This document shows positions 1 through 12,119 of a stretch of DNA of 64,000 nt, one piece after another; the first letter of the stretch is position 1; every line of letters begins with the position of its first letter. Under the pieces are notes generated by a model, which was given only the letters and a program-made list of their open reading frames with translations, searched no databases and was not told the origin of the DNA. This stretch comes from Zancudomyces culisetae HAW-14-8 (lineage: Eukaryota; Fungi; Kickxellomycota). The stretch is taken from the NCBI GenBank assembly GCA_052426225.1, contig JBNJNM010000012.1:1860001-1924000 (forward strand). Reading direction: 5' to 3'. The translations under genes and the position numbers were made by a program.

Positions 1-1166
1 ATGGAATAGACCCAATCTTATGAAAAGTGAGGACTTGGGGAGAGAGATAACGCTAGCAGTACATAAGGCATCGTATTACGTCTTGTGTACATAACGGTGG
101 TCCTTCCCAAGCAGGTGCTCGATATCATAATTGTTTGTTTTGTCGTATAAATTCTTGTACAAAGAAGGATGGAAAATCAGGATAGCTCCATAGCAAGTAA
201 AGCAACTCAATTTATAGCTTGCTTAAAAAACGTTCATTAACCCTCGCTACACTTGCTGGGTATACAATTTAGAGCGACCCCTGTAATTGACGTTATTGTT
301 CCCCAGCACCCATGGCAAAGACCAAGTAATATTTTCTTAGGATTAAAAGAGAGACATTATGATGACTATTTAGATTTTACTAGCTTATCACTGTGTGTGA
401 ATTATATAGCTACTATCTTTTAAAACAAAAATCATAACAGGTCAATAAATTCTTAGTTCCAAAACCAAATATACTCAGGTTGATGAAGCGGTTTGATTAA
501 AGGTTTTGGTCACTGATATGCTCAAGGGTGGAAGCCAAATTCCGGAATTTAATTTGCTGGAGAAACACCAATCAGGGAATGTCTGCAGAGATTTTGTATG
601 GGTTTTTTCCTTATTAAAATTCTTTTCGTCTAGCCTATGAATGAAGAAAAAACTACTATTAAACTATCAATTGTTACATCACCACTAAAAATTCAAGTTT
701 GTATGTGCATTCACTCATTTTTAATATATACACCTCCAAAGCTTTAATATTACTGGTTTGGAATGTATAACCAGTTTGATATATCCGAAACCTCCGCGCC
801 CGGATTAGTTGGTTTAGCTATCCATTTTATCATAACATAGTTGGTGTTAAATAAGCAGCAAAAAAAATAAATGAAAAGTATAATTGAGGATTCACATGAG
901 AGGATTTGCTCATTTCCAAAGTATGTAGGTGTTTATAGAATTCAATTTTCAATTGCTCCAAAAATTCCACTAATTTGGCGTTGAAAATTAATCCGAAATT
1001 GTAGGATATTAAATTTCCAAAGAGCATAGTAATTGTTGTCATTATTGAAACCTTCAGTTCTTTATCTACCTTAAAAATAATGATAATCAAAGACACAACA
1101 AGGTTTTACTGTTGACGTGAAATAAAATAGAGTTTGATCCACTTTAATATCTACTCACTTTACAAA

Positions 1167-1193
1167 AACAACAACAACAACAACAACAACAAC
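1167..1193. repeat. (AAC)9 microsatellite
   Basis: Perfect AAC repeat; it explains the poly-Asn in spurious ORF 1134..1340. Confidence 0.9.
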
Positions 1194-2269
1194 AAAAAAC
1201 AGGTCTCTAATGGTTTAATAAAAGTAGTAATACAAGAATCAGCATTATGTAGTTGGCGATTTTCATTTACAATTGGCAAACAAAATAGAAACCCAGAAAA
1301 AGATAAAAATTTTTCCAATTTGGAGAAAAATCACTACTAGAAACAATACAGAAATGGAGAATGAGCATGTATCACCGGTTTTGTTTTTGTTAATGTAACC
1401 GCTGTGAATGTAGAAAATGCTACACAATCAAAAAATCCATTTTTGGTATCTGCTGCGTTTAATTGTTTACAGACACAGCTGGACTATAGCGAGAGTTTTG
1501 CAAGTTTAAACTCTTTTTGCATCTGCCTTTTTTTTGCATATATGTTTTTTTTTAATAAAAAATTATACAAATAATTAGAAATCGACAACGTTTACAATGA
1601 ATTTACCCAATTCTTAATTATAGAGGCAATTAAAAGCATTTGTGTTTAAACCAAGCTGAAAAACACGATTTCCATTTTTTGTGTTTTTGTTTTTGGTATG
1701 GACAGACTAAATATCTAGAATCTCGAACAACAGAGCAATAAATGGGTTGACAGCATTATTATTCTTGTGCTAATAATCACGAGTATTTTCATTGTTGGTT
1801 ATACTAAATAAAATATAATTATAAGGCAGTTCAATTATAGCCATAACACGCTTAGAATTCCGCCAAAATTTAAGAACACATCGGCCTAATTTATCCAGTT
1901 TATTGAATGGACCCTTCAGAATGAAATAAAAGGTAGAGTGCTAATCCATTACAAAAGTGCAATAAAATGATGTATATGGTTTAAAGGTTACAAATACAGG
2001 TATTTTTATAATCAAAATATTCCGAGGTGTTATAATACCTTATCCAATATTATATAAACTATTAATTATTTGTTTCTAGTTGAATTTTTTAGACAGGTGA
2101 TACATATAAACGCATAACTTTTGGTTCATGTTAACTTCAATACATAAGCACTCACCACCTTAATACACAGACAAACAATCCAGCCTCTTTAAATATAGGT
2201 TTATACTAAAATAATATCAAAGCCAAGGTCGAACAGTCTTACGGTAGAATAGAATAGAGCAAACCAAAT

Positions 2270-3739
2270 ATGATTGCAGCAGCAAAGGTGTACACATCCT
2301 TAAATTTGGATGTATTCTCTTTTTTTAAAGAGAGTAAAAACAAAAAAATAAATGAAGCATATCTAGCGGCAGACAGAAGAGACATTCTATATAAAGAGGT
2401 TATAGGTAAGTTGTTTATGACAACAAAATTTACGCAATTCGACTTCTATTCTAGCATTGAGTATCTCCAGAGCGAAGTGTTATAAAAATAATATCACTTT
2501 TTGCTTTAAATATTTATTTTTACCAAGAAAAAATGGACGGTTACACAGGTTCTAATGGGAATAAATTTATTGATTTTAGAGTTGTTCGAAAAAATGGTCT
2601 TGGAGCTATTCACAACCTCAGAAAAAGAATATAATACGGGGCTACAGACACCAAAAACAGATTGTACTTTAAATAATTTGCCCGAGTTAAAAAGTTTTAT
2701 AAAAAATGTTACTCTAAGAACAAAAACCTCGATATCATGTATTATTTTGGCATTATTATATCTGGCTCGAATTAAGGCAAATAATCCTGGTCTAATAGGA
2801 TCTACAGGATCGGCTTACAGACTTATTATATCATCATTATGCGTAGCTACAAAATATTTGTACGATGATGCCTATCATAACTATTCGTGGGTTCAGGTTT
2901 GTATGGGACTATTTGAACTTTGCGAGTTGAACCAGATGGAAAATGAGTTTATGAGTTATTTACAATACCAGCTTTTTGTCTCTCCGAATGAATGGAATCA
3001 ATGGGTGGCAACAATCGAAGCCAGACTTGTACAAACTTGGAAAGAGAATGGAGTAGCAGAATTATTGTGGAAAAGGGAAGTATTTTTATCAAATGAATGT
3101 TGCAGCAGAAGTGTAAGCAGTACGGTATCAAACGTTGCGTGGAGTAGTAAAGGAAAGATACTTTTAGATTCTTTCTCTAGGGCTTTGGGGTCCGAAAGTA
3201 AGATTGGCTACAGCTCGACACATAAATCTAATGCGAGTATTACAGGAAAAAAGTTCTATGTTAATATCGCTGGTAAAACAAAAAATAATTCTAATGGTAA
3301 AGATAGGGTATTCTTTTCAACTTCAAACTTACCAAGTCGAAGCAAAAAGATGAATTCCATAAAAAATTTGAACTTCTTTAGGAGCAAAAAAATTGAAGAT
3401 GTAGAAATGGCTGAATGTTGCCAAGATAACAGTAGTGATAGTATCACTGTTGATATATGCACACAGCCTAAACGGGGAAGAGCACTCGTCAAGCTAAAGC
3501 AAAGTTTTAGCAGTCTGACAAAGATGGCAGGTAACGGTACTACAACTTGTAACCAGGTTGGTAAGAAGCCAAGAATCTGTAACGAGAGGGAATACATAGA
3601 ACTTTCTTCGCCTATTTACAGTACGACACGCCGCGCCTTTAATTCAACAAATCACTCAAAATCAAGCGCAAATATTAAGAGCTCCAGCACTAGCAGTTCT
3701 GGTGTGATGAGCGATTCACAGACTATAGTCATAATGTAG
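2270..3739 (+). CDS. Pho80/PCL-family cyclin, two exons: join(2270..2405,2580..3739)
   Basis: Cyclin-box-like segment (IILALLYLARIK, RLIISSLCVATKYLYDDAY, ELNQMENEFMSYLQYQL). Intron 2406..2579 has a GTAAGT donor, CTAAT branch point (2552) and TTTTAG acceptor. It is phase 1 and joins ORF 2270 in frame with ORF 2555 (G|AG = Glu). Confidence 0.85.
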
Positions 3740-4011
3740 AGTTAATTTTGATATATGCATAGATTGAGAAGTATATCTCTATAAATATATCCATGCTCCA
3801 AGCAGATGTAGTTTATATTTCATGTTGTACAATCTTTTTTCATTTCGTATTTCTACTATATCCTAGAAGTTTTTGAATACTATTTAGAAAATGTTTATCT
3901 GGAATTTTGGTATCTGTTCACAAGAAAAGCAGTATTACTGCAAACGGATTAAAAATCTGTGTAAATAAATCAAAATAGGAGCTAAAAATCCCTTTTTAAG
4001 TTTATAAAAGT

Positions 4012-4055
4012 CCAAATCAGTTAGGACTACCCAAATCAGTTAGGACTACCCAAAT
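4012..4055. repeat. 19-bp tandem duplication CCAAATCAGTTAGGACTAC (2.3 copies)
   Basis: Direct reading of the sequence. Confidence 0.85.
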
Positions 4056-6157
4056 GTAAGATCCAAAATGCAACAAAAATAAATACTCAATAGATATAAA
4101 ACCTAACAAAGTTCTGAGTTGTCATTTTTTGGCGAGTAGCCACTACCTATGAATGAAATCAAGAGATGCTTGTATTAGGAAATTATGAGAGAGTATGTTT
4201 TCATTTAAACTAGTAGGGAAAAAGGTCGATATTCTTTTAAATTTTAGTTATTAATGATAATTTAATCAGTATTTTATTTGAAACAACTATTAAAAAATGC
4301 TGCCTATATTATTTCAAGTTTGAAATGGCGTTAATATATACAGAATTTTTGTAATACTATTGCTGAAATGAAAAGTAAATAAAATAGTTTGGCAGTGTGG
4401 GTATGCAACAATAACTCGATTTATCGCTTTTTTATGCATGCTGAGTATATGCTACTATCTATATTTGGTGCATTGGCGACACACATGAGTTAGACCTACC
4501 ATGATCGAATGGATGGGGCTTTTTATACCAACGCAAACAATAAAGTATGTTTTCAAAAGATAAAACCCAAGTATATTGCATATACAGTCTGCATTCATGA
4601 GTTTAAAAATTATCAGGCTTTATTTAGTCTCATTTTATTACTTGATATAAAATCATTGGTACTAACGTTTATTTTTTGGGGGGAGGGGAGAGAAGGAGAT
4701 TGGTGTATCTACTGGTTTTCGTACTAACCAATATATTCGCTTTACTTAAGAACTTGTTTCGGATTAAAAATTATTTAATTACAGTTATAACATTAACAGT
4801 TAAAATAGTTGGGAGGGGGTTTAAAGGAACAATGTAATTTGGCTACACAACTTTGTGAACTATACTCTTTGTGCTTTAGTAAAAAGATATTATATGTATT
4901 AAAATTAGATCATTTTTAGAAAGATTTACTAATGAAGTTGACCCGAAGAAAAGTTGACCTGTGGGAATACAGGACCTCGATGATAAATCGCAAATCCAAT
5001 TAAAAGAATATTACCACAGAATCAACATTTAGTAGTTATAGATGAAGTTGGTAAAGTAAAAATGCATTTACTTTAACTCTTATTAGCACTCTTATGTAAA
5101 ATTACTAAATGTGTTGATCAAAAAAATAATTCTTAATGATACTTTGATATGACAGTTTGATAATTAGAAATAAAACGGGAACGGTAGTGAGATATCACCA
5201 TTTATAGCTTATTTGCTGCTCGGATTTTCATTTACTAAATCTGAGCATTATTCTGTTCAGTAATTGATATTCTCCCCAAAAAAACAGAAAAGTACTCATG
5301 AAAATTCGGAATTGGTATTACCCAATGATCCGCATAGTTTTGCTAGTTCATGCAGCAATAAATGTGTTATAAGACTGGATAAAAAAATCGATATACCCTT
5401 ACGAGTTCTTAATATCTAAAATATTAAATCTTGACCCAACTACACTACTAAGCTTTAACTAAGGTTAATACAACAATTATTGCTGATTGGCTGAAATTCT
5501 ATTTAGTACTCATATTCCGAAAATACCTTTAAATATCAAATTATAACTGAATAACAGGAACACCAAATAGCTTGAATATGGCATTCACATTCTTCTACGT
5601 GGTATAATTAATTACCACCCAATTATAGCTTTTTTTTTTGGTTTGTTTAATGGGCAAGCATAATGGTTTCAAGAATAGGCTGACTTATTACTTTATATAA
5701 TAGTGAAAAGTTTTTGAGAATTGTTATGTGTATTTTACGTATTTTATAATAACAAATATGTAACAATGAACGAAAAATCATGTATATTTTTACCAAAAAG
5801 TTAACGCAGGTGAACCAAATAGAAAGAAATCGGAATGATCGCCGAATAAAAATGTAAATTTTTACTACTATTTTAAGCTGCAAACTAAGAAAGCCTATTG
5901 ATAGCTATAGTTAATATTGGGTTTATTTTATAAGGGGGAGACATCAAGCTTGAATTCAATATAAAAGTGCATGAAGAGATGTCGAAAAAAAAACGAGCAA
6001 CACATCACTCACTCTATAGCATTGTAACATACAGAGCATACGCCTAATATACACAGCGTACTACGTATTGACATGTGCAGTATTTACACATTGTAATAAT
6101 ACTCATTTCAACAAGAAAAGAAAGAAAAGAAAGAAAAGGCAAAAACCATATTTAAAA

Positions 6158-7129
6158 ATGAACAGTGTTTTCTCCTCCCTGATCAGTATAGGTGCATACA
6201 TGGAACGCTTTCACACAGTTGGAAATGCTGCTGATAGGATGCCTATAGGATATACACCAACATGGTATGAAAAGTCTTGGCTATCCATATTCGAGGAACG
6301 AAATGAGACCTTGATGTATGGATTTGTTATATTTATTTTTCATGTTTCAGTGTATTTCCTCAGTTATTCAGTGCAGTTTACTTTTGAAAGCATTCCTGCG
6401 TTACAAAAGTATAAGATACAGCAGAATATGCATGTATCAGACAAGGAATGGTGGACAGGTGTGCGCAGATTCTTGGAAAATATGTTTCTCATCAGACTAC
6501 CCACAATTATGCTCTTTTTTCCTGCTGTGGAACTTCTGAATTTTAATATTTCGGTTCCATTCCCGCCACTATATGTTATTTTACTTCAAACTCTATTTTT
6601 CATGGTTGCTGATGATTTCTGGCACTACTGGACTCACCGCTTGCTACATGTGGACTATCTGTACCGAAAAATTCACGTAATTCACCACGAATACTCTGCA
6701 CCATTTGGGCTAATCGGTGATTATTCGCACCCAATCGAATCAACTAGTTTGGCTCTTACCGCAATTAGTGGACCAGTCATGTATTCATGGTTGGCCAGTT
6801 CTACAGGTTTATTCAAAGAGGCTCATGTAATCCCAATAGTCTTGTGGATTGGAGTAAAAACATTTGTATCACTTGAAGTACACACGGGATATGATTTCCC
6901 ATGGTCACTGAACAACTTGATCCCAATATGGGCGGGCGCTGACTATCATGACTATCATCATATGGCATATGGAAACAACTTTGCAAGTATGTTTAGACAT
7001 ATGGATTACATCCTTGGGACAGACAATGGTTACCATAAGTTTAAGAAGCTAAAGAAAATGAATCAAGAAAAAGTGCTAAAGGAGCGAAAAGATCAAAAGG
7101 TTAAAAAGGACGGATATACTTTTTTTTAG
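6158..7129 (+). CDS. ERG25: C-4 methylsterol oxidase (fatty acid hydroxylase/sterol desaturase superfamily)
   Basis: His boxes HYWTHRLLH, HVIHH, HDYHH plus EYSAPFGL..YSHPIE, HTGYDFPWS and WAGADYHD motifs typical of ERG25/MSMO1. First ATG is at 6158 (the ORF track starts at an upstream TTG). Confidence 0.85.
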   Translation: MNSVFSSLISIGAYMERFHTVGNAADRMPIGYTPTWYEKSWLSIFEERNETLMYGFVIFIFHVSVYFLSYSVQFTFESIPALQKYKIQQNMHVSDKEWWTGVRRFLENMFLIRLPTIMLFFPAVELLNFNISVPFPPLYVILLQTLFFMVADDFWHYWTHRLLHVDYLYRKIHVIHHEYSAPFGLIGDYSHPIESTSLALTAISGPVMYSWLASSTGLFKEAHVIPIVLWIGVKTFVSLEVHTGYDFPWSLNNLIPIWAGADYHDYHHMAYGNNFASMFRHMDYILGTDNGYHKFKKLKKMNQEKVLKERKDQKVKKDGYTFF

Positions 7130-10100
7130 GAGATTTTCTACCATACAATTCACAAAAAATAGATTTGCACTCTTCAAATATTCATGTTGTATAAAGTTAT
7201 TTACGCGGTATTACTCCATATTATTTTTCATTATTTCGTATTGTATAGTTTGATAAATACAGTATATACTTTTTTTTAATTAACCAGAGCCTGTCACTTC
7301 AAGCATTATAGTTACATAATTTTCAATAATATCGTGTTTTTAAAAAATTCTACTACCATGAATAGGAATAAACCATTTAGAATATAATGAGGTAAATAAG
7401 CTCTATGGTCAGTTATTTTGACCGTTTACAGTACTGTAATTACATCACATTCTTAAATTGCCCATTTATAGGCTTTGGTTGTAAAAAGGGCATAATTCTG
7501 GTTTACACTTACATTCGAGTAACTGAAAAAGACCGATTAAATATCAGAAACATCTTTTGATCCAACACCTGATCGGTATAAAGTTATTAGATTTACAGAG
7601 TAGAATAACATTGTAGTATTTCTAAAAATATATAGTTGACTCGTTTTTTAATCAAAAAACCAATAAAACACAAAGTATTGATCTTATGATTGATTAATCG
7701 ATATCTGAATCTTAAAGCTATATTAAGAATTATTTCTCAATTCCATTTGGAGTAGTTTTCCAGCTTAATTAATTTTTTTTATATTGCTCAGACTTATATT
7801 TAAAGCCTGTATATTCAAGAAAGAAAGATAAAGAGTGAATCAGTGCCATTAGATGATTGTATTTTACTTGATACACTAAAACAAAAATATACTAATATCT
7901 TTGATAATACTTTTAAAGTCATTTATTAGTTCTTGCAAAGAACAAAGTTCGTGAGTTTCGGAATATTTAGATAAAAACTAGTAAATTTAATATACTTTTG
8001 ACAATAATAAGCAAAAATGGTTATAAATTGACTAGATGAAAAGATATTTACTGAGGCTTTTATAAACGTATATCAAAGCTAAAAGTTCAAATAACAACGA
8101 TCAAAAATGGTTGAGTCGTCACTCGAATTTAATATAACTAACACGTTAATACGGCGTTGAACACGATTATACCATTCCTCAATATATTTCTAGTGTTAAT
8201 TAAACTATTACAGTCTTAAAAAATATCTAATATGTTTTATATTTTATATTTTATATTTTATATTTTATTTTTTTACCAGCTTATAGTTAGAAATAGATTT
8301 AAAAATTTGTTGCAATTTTCAGTGATTGAAAAGCAATTTAAATTGTAAAAGTTATAAAGATTATTAATAAAATTCAATTAAACTTTAAAAAATGAAGAAA
8401 AAATATGAGTATTATAACCTAAAATAAACATGGCCAGGTCCAAATTTGCCATTAAAAATGCATAAGTATAACAATACAAGCTTATACATTATTAAACGTA
8501 CAAATTTAAACTAAAATTATCTTTTGTTAATATTTTTAATTAACGCAATTATTGGCAAATTTTGTTAATTAGTGCTGATGGCCGACATTAGAAATTCGCA
8601 ATAATAATTATATACGTAAATTGGATAAGATGTTACGAGACAGAGATAAGGGAAATATAAAGATAATGACTTGAGAAAGTTAGTATTTTTCAGTAAGCTA
8701 TTAGAGTTAGTTAAGAAGGTATATCTAAATAAAGTTAGAATATAAGTCGCAACTCGACATTGTGATTAAAATTATAGTATTGATTCTCAACAATTAACTA
8801 ATAAAATTTGTAATAGTAATAAAATTCTAAAATTGAAAGTATATTAGTGTATTAGTATATTAAAAAAAAGTAAATCAAATAGAATAGTTATGGTATAAAA
8901 TGCTAAAAAATCTAATTCATAGTAAATACATAAATTAATATAAAAAGCATGTAATAAAATTTAAAGTTTTAATAAATGACATGATTAATTAAAATAATAA
9001 TGAAAGTAAATTGATAAAGTCTAAAATAGATAAATATTTTTAAATAAAGTTGATCATATATGAATCAAGTATATTTTGAAACTTAGAATTACAGAGTACG
9101 AATAGACTGAGAATGTAAGCTATAAACAGCTGAGCTCGCTACACAAATTCAGTTTCCATCTGATGATAAACTAATTTATATTATAATATTTTAATAGCTA
9201 TAAAGTAAAATGATGTTAATAATTAAATTTAATCACAAAATAATAAATAGTAAATGTATAGTACTAACAGTTAGATACAAATATATTTTCACTTTTCGAA
9301 GATAGTAATTTCTTTCACATTTTCCAAAAACGTAAATCATTAAAACGGTCAGCGATCGAAATACGATTTGATAGTATTTACAAATCGTAACAGATTCAAT
9401 AGCAAAAGAATAATTATATTTTTATTATAAAGGTACATGATTTTTTACTAGCGAATCAATCATAAATAATAGAATAAAAAGACTACTATTAGCAGCAATA
9501 GTGATCAATAAATGATAATGATCGTTATTAGTAATGTTGAGTAGGAAAAATCAGCTAGTATAAACGAAAGCAGACGGTGAATAGTAAAATGATATATATA
9601 AATTGGTTTTTTCATAAAGTAGAAATACGATCATGGTTAATTTTTGATAATTATATATTAAGTTTTTATACACTATGGGTAATCACTAATTTTTTACAAA
9701 AAAATCTTTATAAAATTTATGTACTATTATCACAAATATAAATAATGATATACAAAAGAAATGATTATTTAAATAATCACAAAAGGTAAAAAATTAAAAC
9801 TTTTGAAGTCAATATACAATATTTATTAAATATTGAATAAATTGTGAAAAAAAATACTTATAATATAAACAGACTAAAATGTATAAATAAACTACTGTAA
9901 TATATAAAGATGTTATAGCTATCCGATATATCTTCAGCTAACAGTTTGATAAGTTTGGTAAAACGCATATGATGTCAGTTAACTAAGATCTCAGATCACT
10001 TCAATAGTACTGATTGCTGAAATAAGTATGTTAAATATCTTTATTATTGCTAAATAATAATAAAACAATAAGTAAACTCGATTTAATAAAGTTATAGTTC

Positions 10101-10380
10101 TAATTAATAAGTATGAATAAACGTATGTTATAAGTATATACCGCAATGAAAGGCAAAAGATGTATCTTTTCGTTGTCCGCTATAATATTATTCGTTATCG
10201 TTCGGATATTCTATCTTTAACAATATAGTCGTTTTAGCTTTAATTTAGCTAAATTGATCGGTGCTTTATTCTATATATTACAGGAATTAATTAACGAGCT
10301 AAAATAGTATAGCAGTTATACTACACTTAAAAAAAAGTAATTAGTGAAAACGATAAAAGTAATATAATAGTGAATAAAAG

Positions 10381-10452
10381 AGGTCGTGCCGAGAATCGAA
10401 CTCGGATCGCAAGATTCAGAGTCTTATGTGCTAACCATTACACCACACAACC
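10381..10452 (-). tRNA. tRNA-Gln (anticodon CTG), intronless
   Basis: Reverse complement GGTTGTGTGGTGTAATGGTTAGCACATAAGACTCTGAATCTTGCGATCCGAGTTCGATTCTCGGCACGACCT folds as a cloverleaf; A and B boxes intact; T4 terminator immediately downstream. Confidence 0.97.
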
Positions 10453-10460
10453 GCTTGTGA

Positions 10461-10882
10461 TGTTAACTTTCGACCCTTTTCTGCTAGTAGTCGTAGTTAT
10501 TCGTATTTAGTTGGTTTAAAATTTAATAGACAAGTTAATTATCTACTTGTTTTGTTCGAAACTCTAACTAACTATTAAGACTTGTTTATTATTTTGGTTA
10601 TTATTCTTTATTTTTTATTGCTAAAAAGTTGTTCTTCCTAAAAAGTAATTCTTCCAAACTATAAATAAAATTTATATATAAACTATTTTTTTTTCCATCT
10701 ATTTTGTTATCTCAATTTTTTTGTGATATCAATTTTTGTTTTGTAATTTCTTGGCTCATTAAAAAAACCCAAATTGTTAGGGAAAAAAGTGTCCAATTTT
10801 TCCACTAATTTTAATATAGTAATTTATCAGAATTGACTTTGTCAATTCGTATTTTTTGTAATATATAAATAATTATGCAACA
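10461..10882. mobile_element. Solo LTR S1 (422 bp), TSD GTGA, 8 nt upstream of tRNA-Gln
   Basis: TGTTAAC...TATGCAACA flanked by GTGA (10457-10460 and 10883-10886); visibly similar to the T2 LTR at 45575-45900. Confidence 0.9.
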
Positions 10883-10887
10883 GTGAT

Positions 10888-11287
10888 TGTTGTGTAAAAA
10901 TTTGGTTTACTGGTTCGGCACGTATAGCGACACGTTGCCGAACAATTAATGATTGTCGCTGAATCTGATTGTTGAAGGAACTCGTACAAGCATTTTCTCC
11001 ATTGTGGTTTTTGCTTGTATACAACAATTAGATTCGTATTTACTATTATTATTATATTTACTTTAACATGGATTATATTTAGTTTTAAACTCTTATATAC
11101 AGCGTTAGAGGACACAAGGTACCTCGTCGGATTTTTCTCTTCACATAGCGAATTAGTTCTTTATTTATAAATTAAATAAATAGTAATATATCATAAAGTG
11201 AACGGTCCTGAACCAAAACATTAGTATATCAGCGTCGTTGCACTGATATATATAAATAAATAATAAAACTTGAAAATTTATGCAACA
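10888..11287. mobile_element. Solo LTR S2 (400 bp), TSD TGAT
   Basis: TGTTGTGTAAA...TTTATGCAACA with inverted-repeat termini, flanked by TGAT on both sides. Confidence 0.88.
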
Positions 11288-11291
11288 TGAT

Positions 11292-11698
11292 AGTAATATT
11301 ATTTTAAATATGTTTGCCTTTTTAGGGGCTTTGTACTCAACTCCGAACTCTATCGCACTTGTATAGTTTTTATCCTACACCCTTGCTAATAGTTCGTTTT
11401 ATGAAGTTAGTACAGTCGTAATTTTTGTATATCTTATTTTTGTTTTTTTTTTTATTTTCTTCTTCAAAACTGTGTATAAATGATATATATCTTTTGTTAT
11501 CTCTAAAACTAATTATAAAACTTTTCCTGATAACGACTAACCTGTTATCAAGGATAGAAATTGGATAAAACCCTCCATAGGGAGAAAAGTCCAATCTCCA
11601 ATGAAATAAATATGATAAAATAAATATGATAAACTACATATGATAAATAAACTGCCAATCAAAGCTAGAAGGTATGAACTATCATTAATTATATGACA
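11292..11698. mobile_element. Solo LTR S3 (407 bp), TSD TGAT, non-canonical AG left end
   Basis: AGTAATA...TATATGACA flanked by TGAT; carries the GGAGAAAAGTCCAAT motif shared with S1, S6, S12 and T2. Confidence 0.8.
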
Positions 11699-12111
11699 TG
11701 ATATATCTTTCTAAATATATATTTAAAAATAGACTATTAGCTAAACTATTATTTAATACTTATTAATTATAAGTTAATCTTTAAATATTGTTTAGATAAT
11801 ACTATGTTTATTTTAATAAAAGATTGGTGTCGTTACCATTTTGGATACTAAATCCTTCTTTTTATATTGAAATGACTATAAATATAAATGTTGTATAAAA
11901 GTATTCTAAAGTATAAAATATTCTAAAGTATAAAATATTCTCGATATTAGAAAAAGTCTAAAAACTAATTCGAGATTCCTAGAATAAAAACTTATATTAA
12001 ATATAAAATTAAACGTAATCTAGAAAGTAATTAATAAAGTTTTAATAATTTGATAATAATTGTTGTATTAACTCAGTTCTAGATGAGGTGTACTTCTCTA
12101 AAAATATATCA
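11699..12111. mobile_element. Solo LTR S4 (413 bp), TSD CTTG; S1-S3 inserted into its first 4 nt
   Basis: TGATATAT...ATATATCA followed by CTTG (12112-12115); the left CTTG is at 10454-10457. Same family as S8. Confidence 0.88.
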
Positions 12112-12119
12112 CTTGCATT

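Noticed and set aside
1-360. Possible end or exon of a gene at the window start
   Set aside because: Only short open frames and no recognisable motif.
830-5883. Short ORFs 830, 1134, 2949, 3256, 4509 and 5647
   Set aside because: Low-complexity AT-rich or antisense shadows with no domain signal. ORF 2270 was kept as cyclin exon 1.
8631-9392. TGTTACGA...TCGTAACA 8-bp inverted ends suggesting an old solo LTR downstream of tRNA-Gln
   Set aside because: No 4-5 bp TSD (TAAGA versus GATTC) and no homolog seen in the window.
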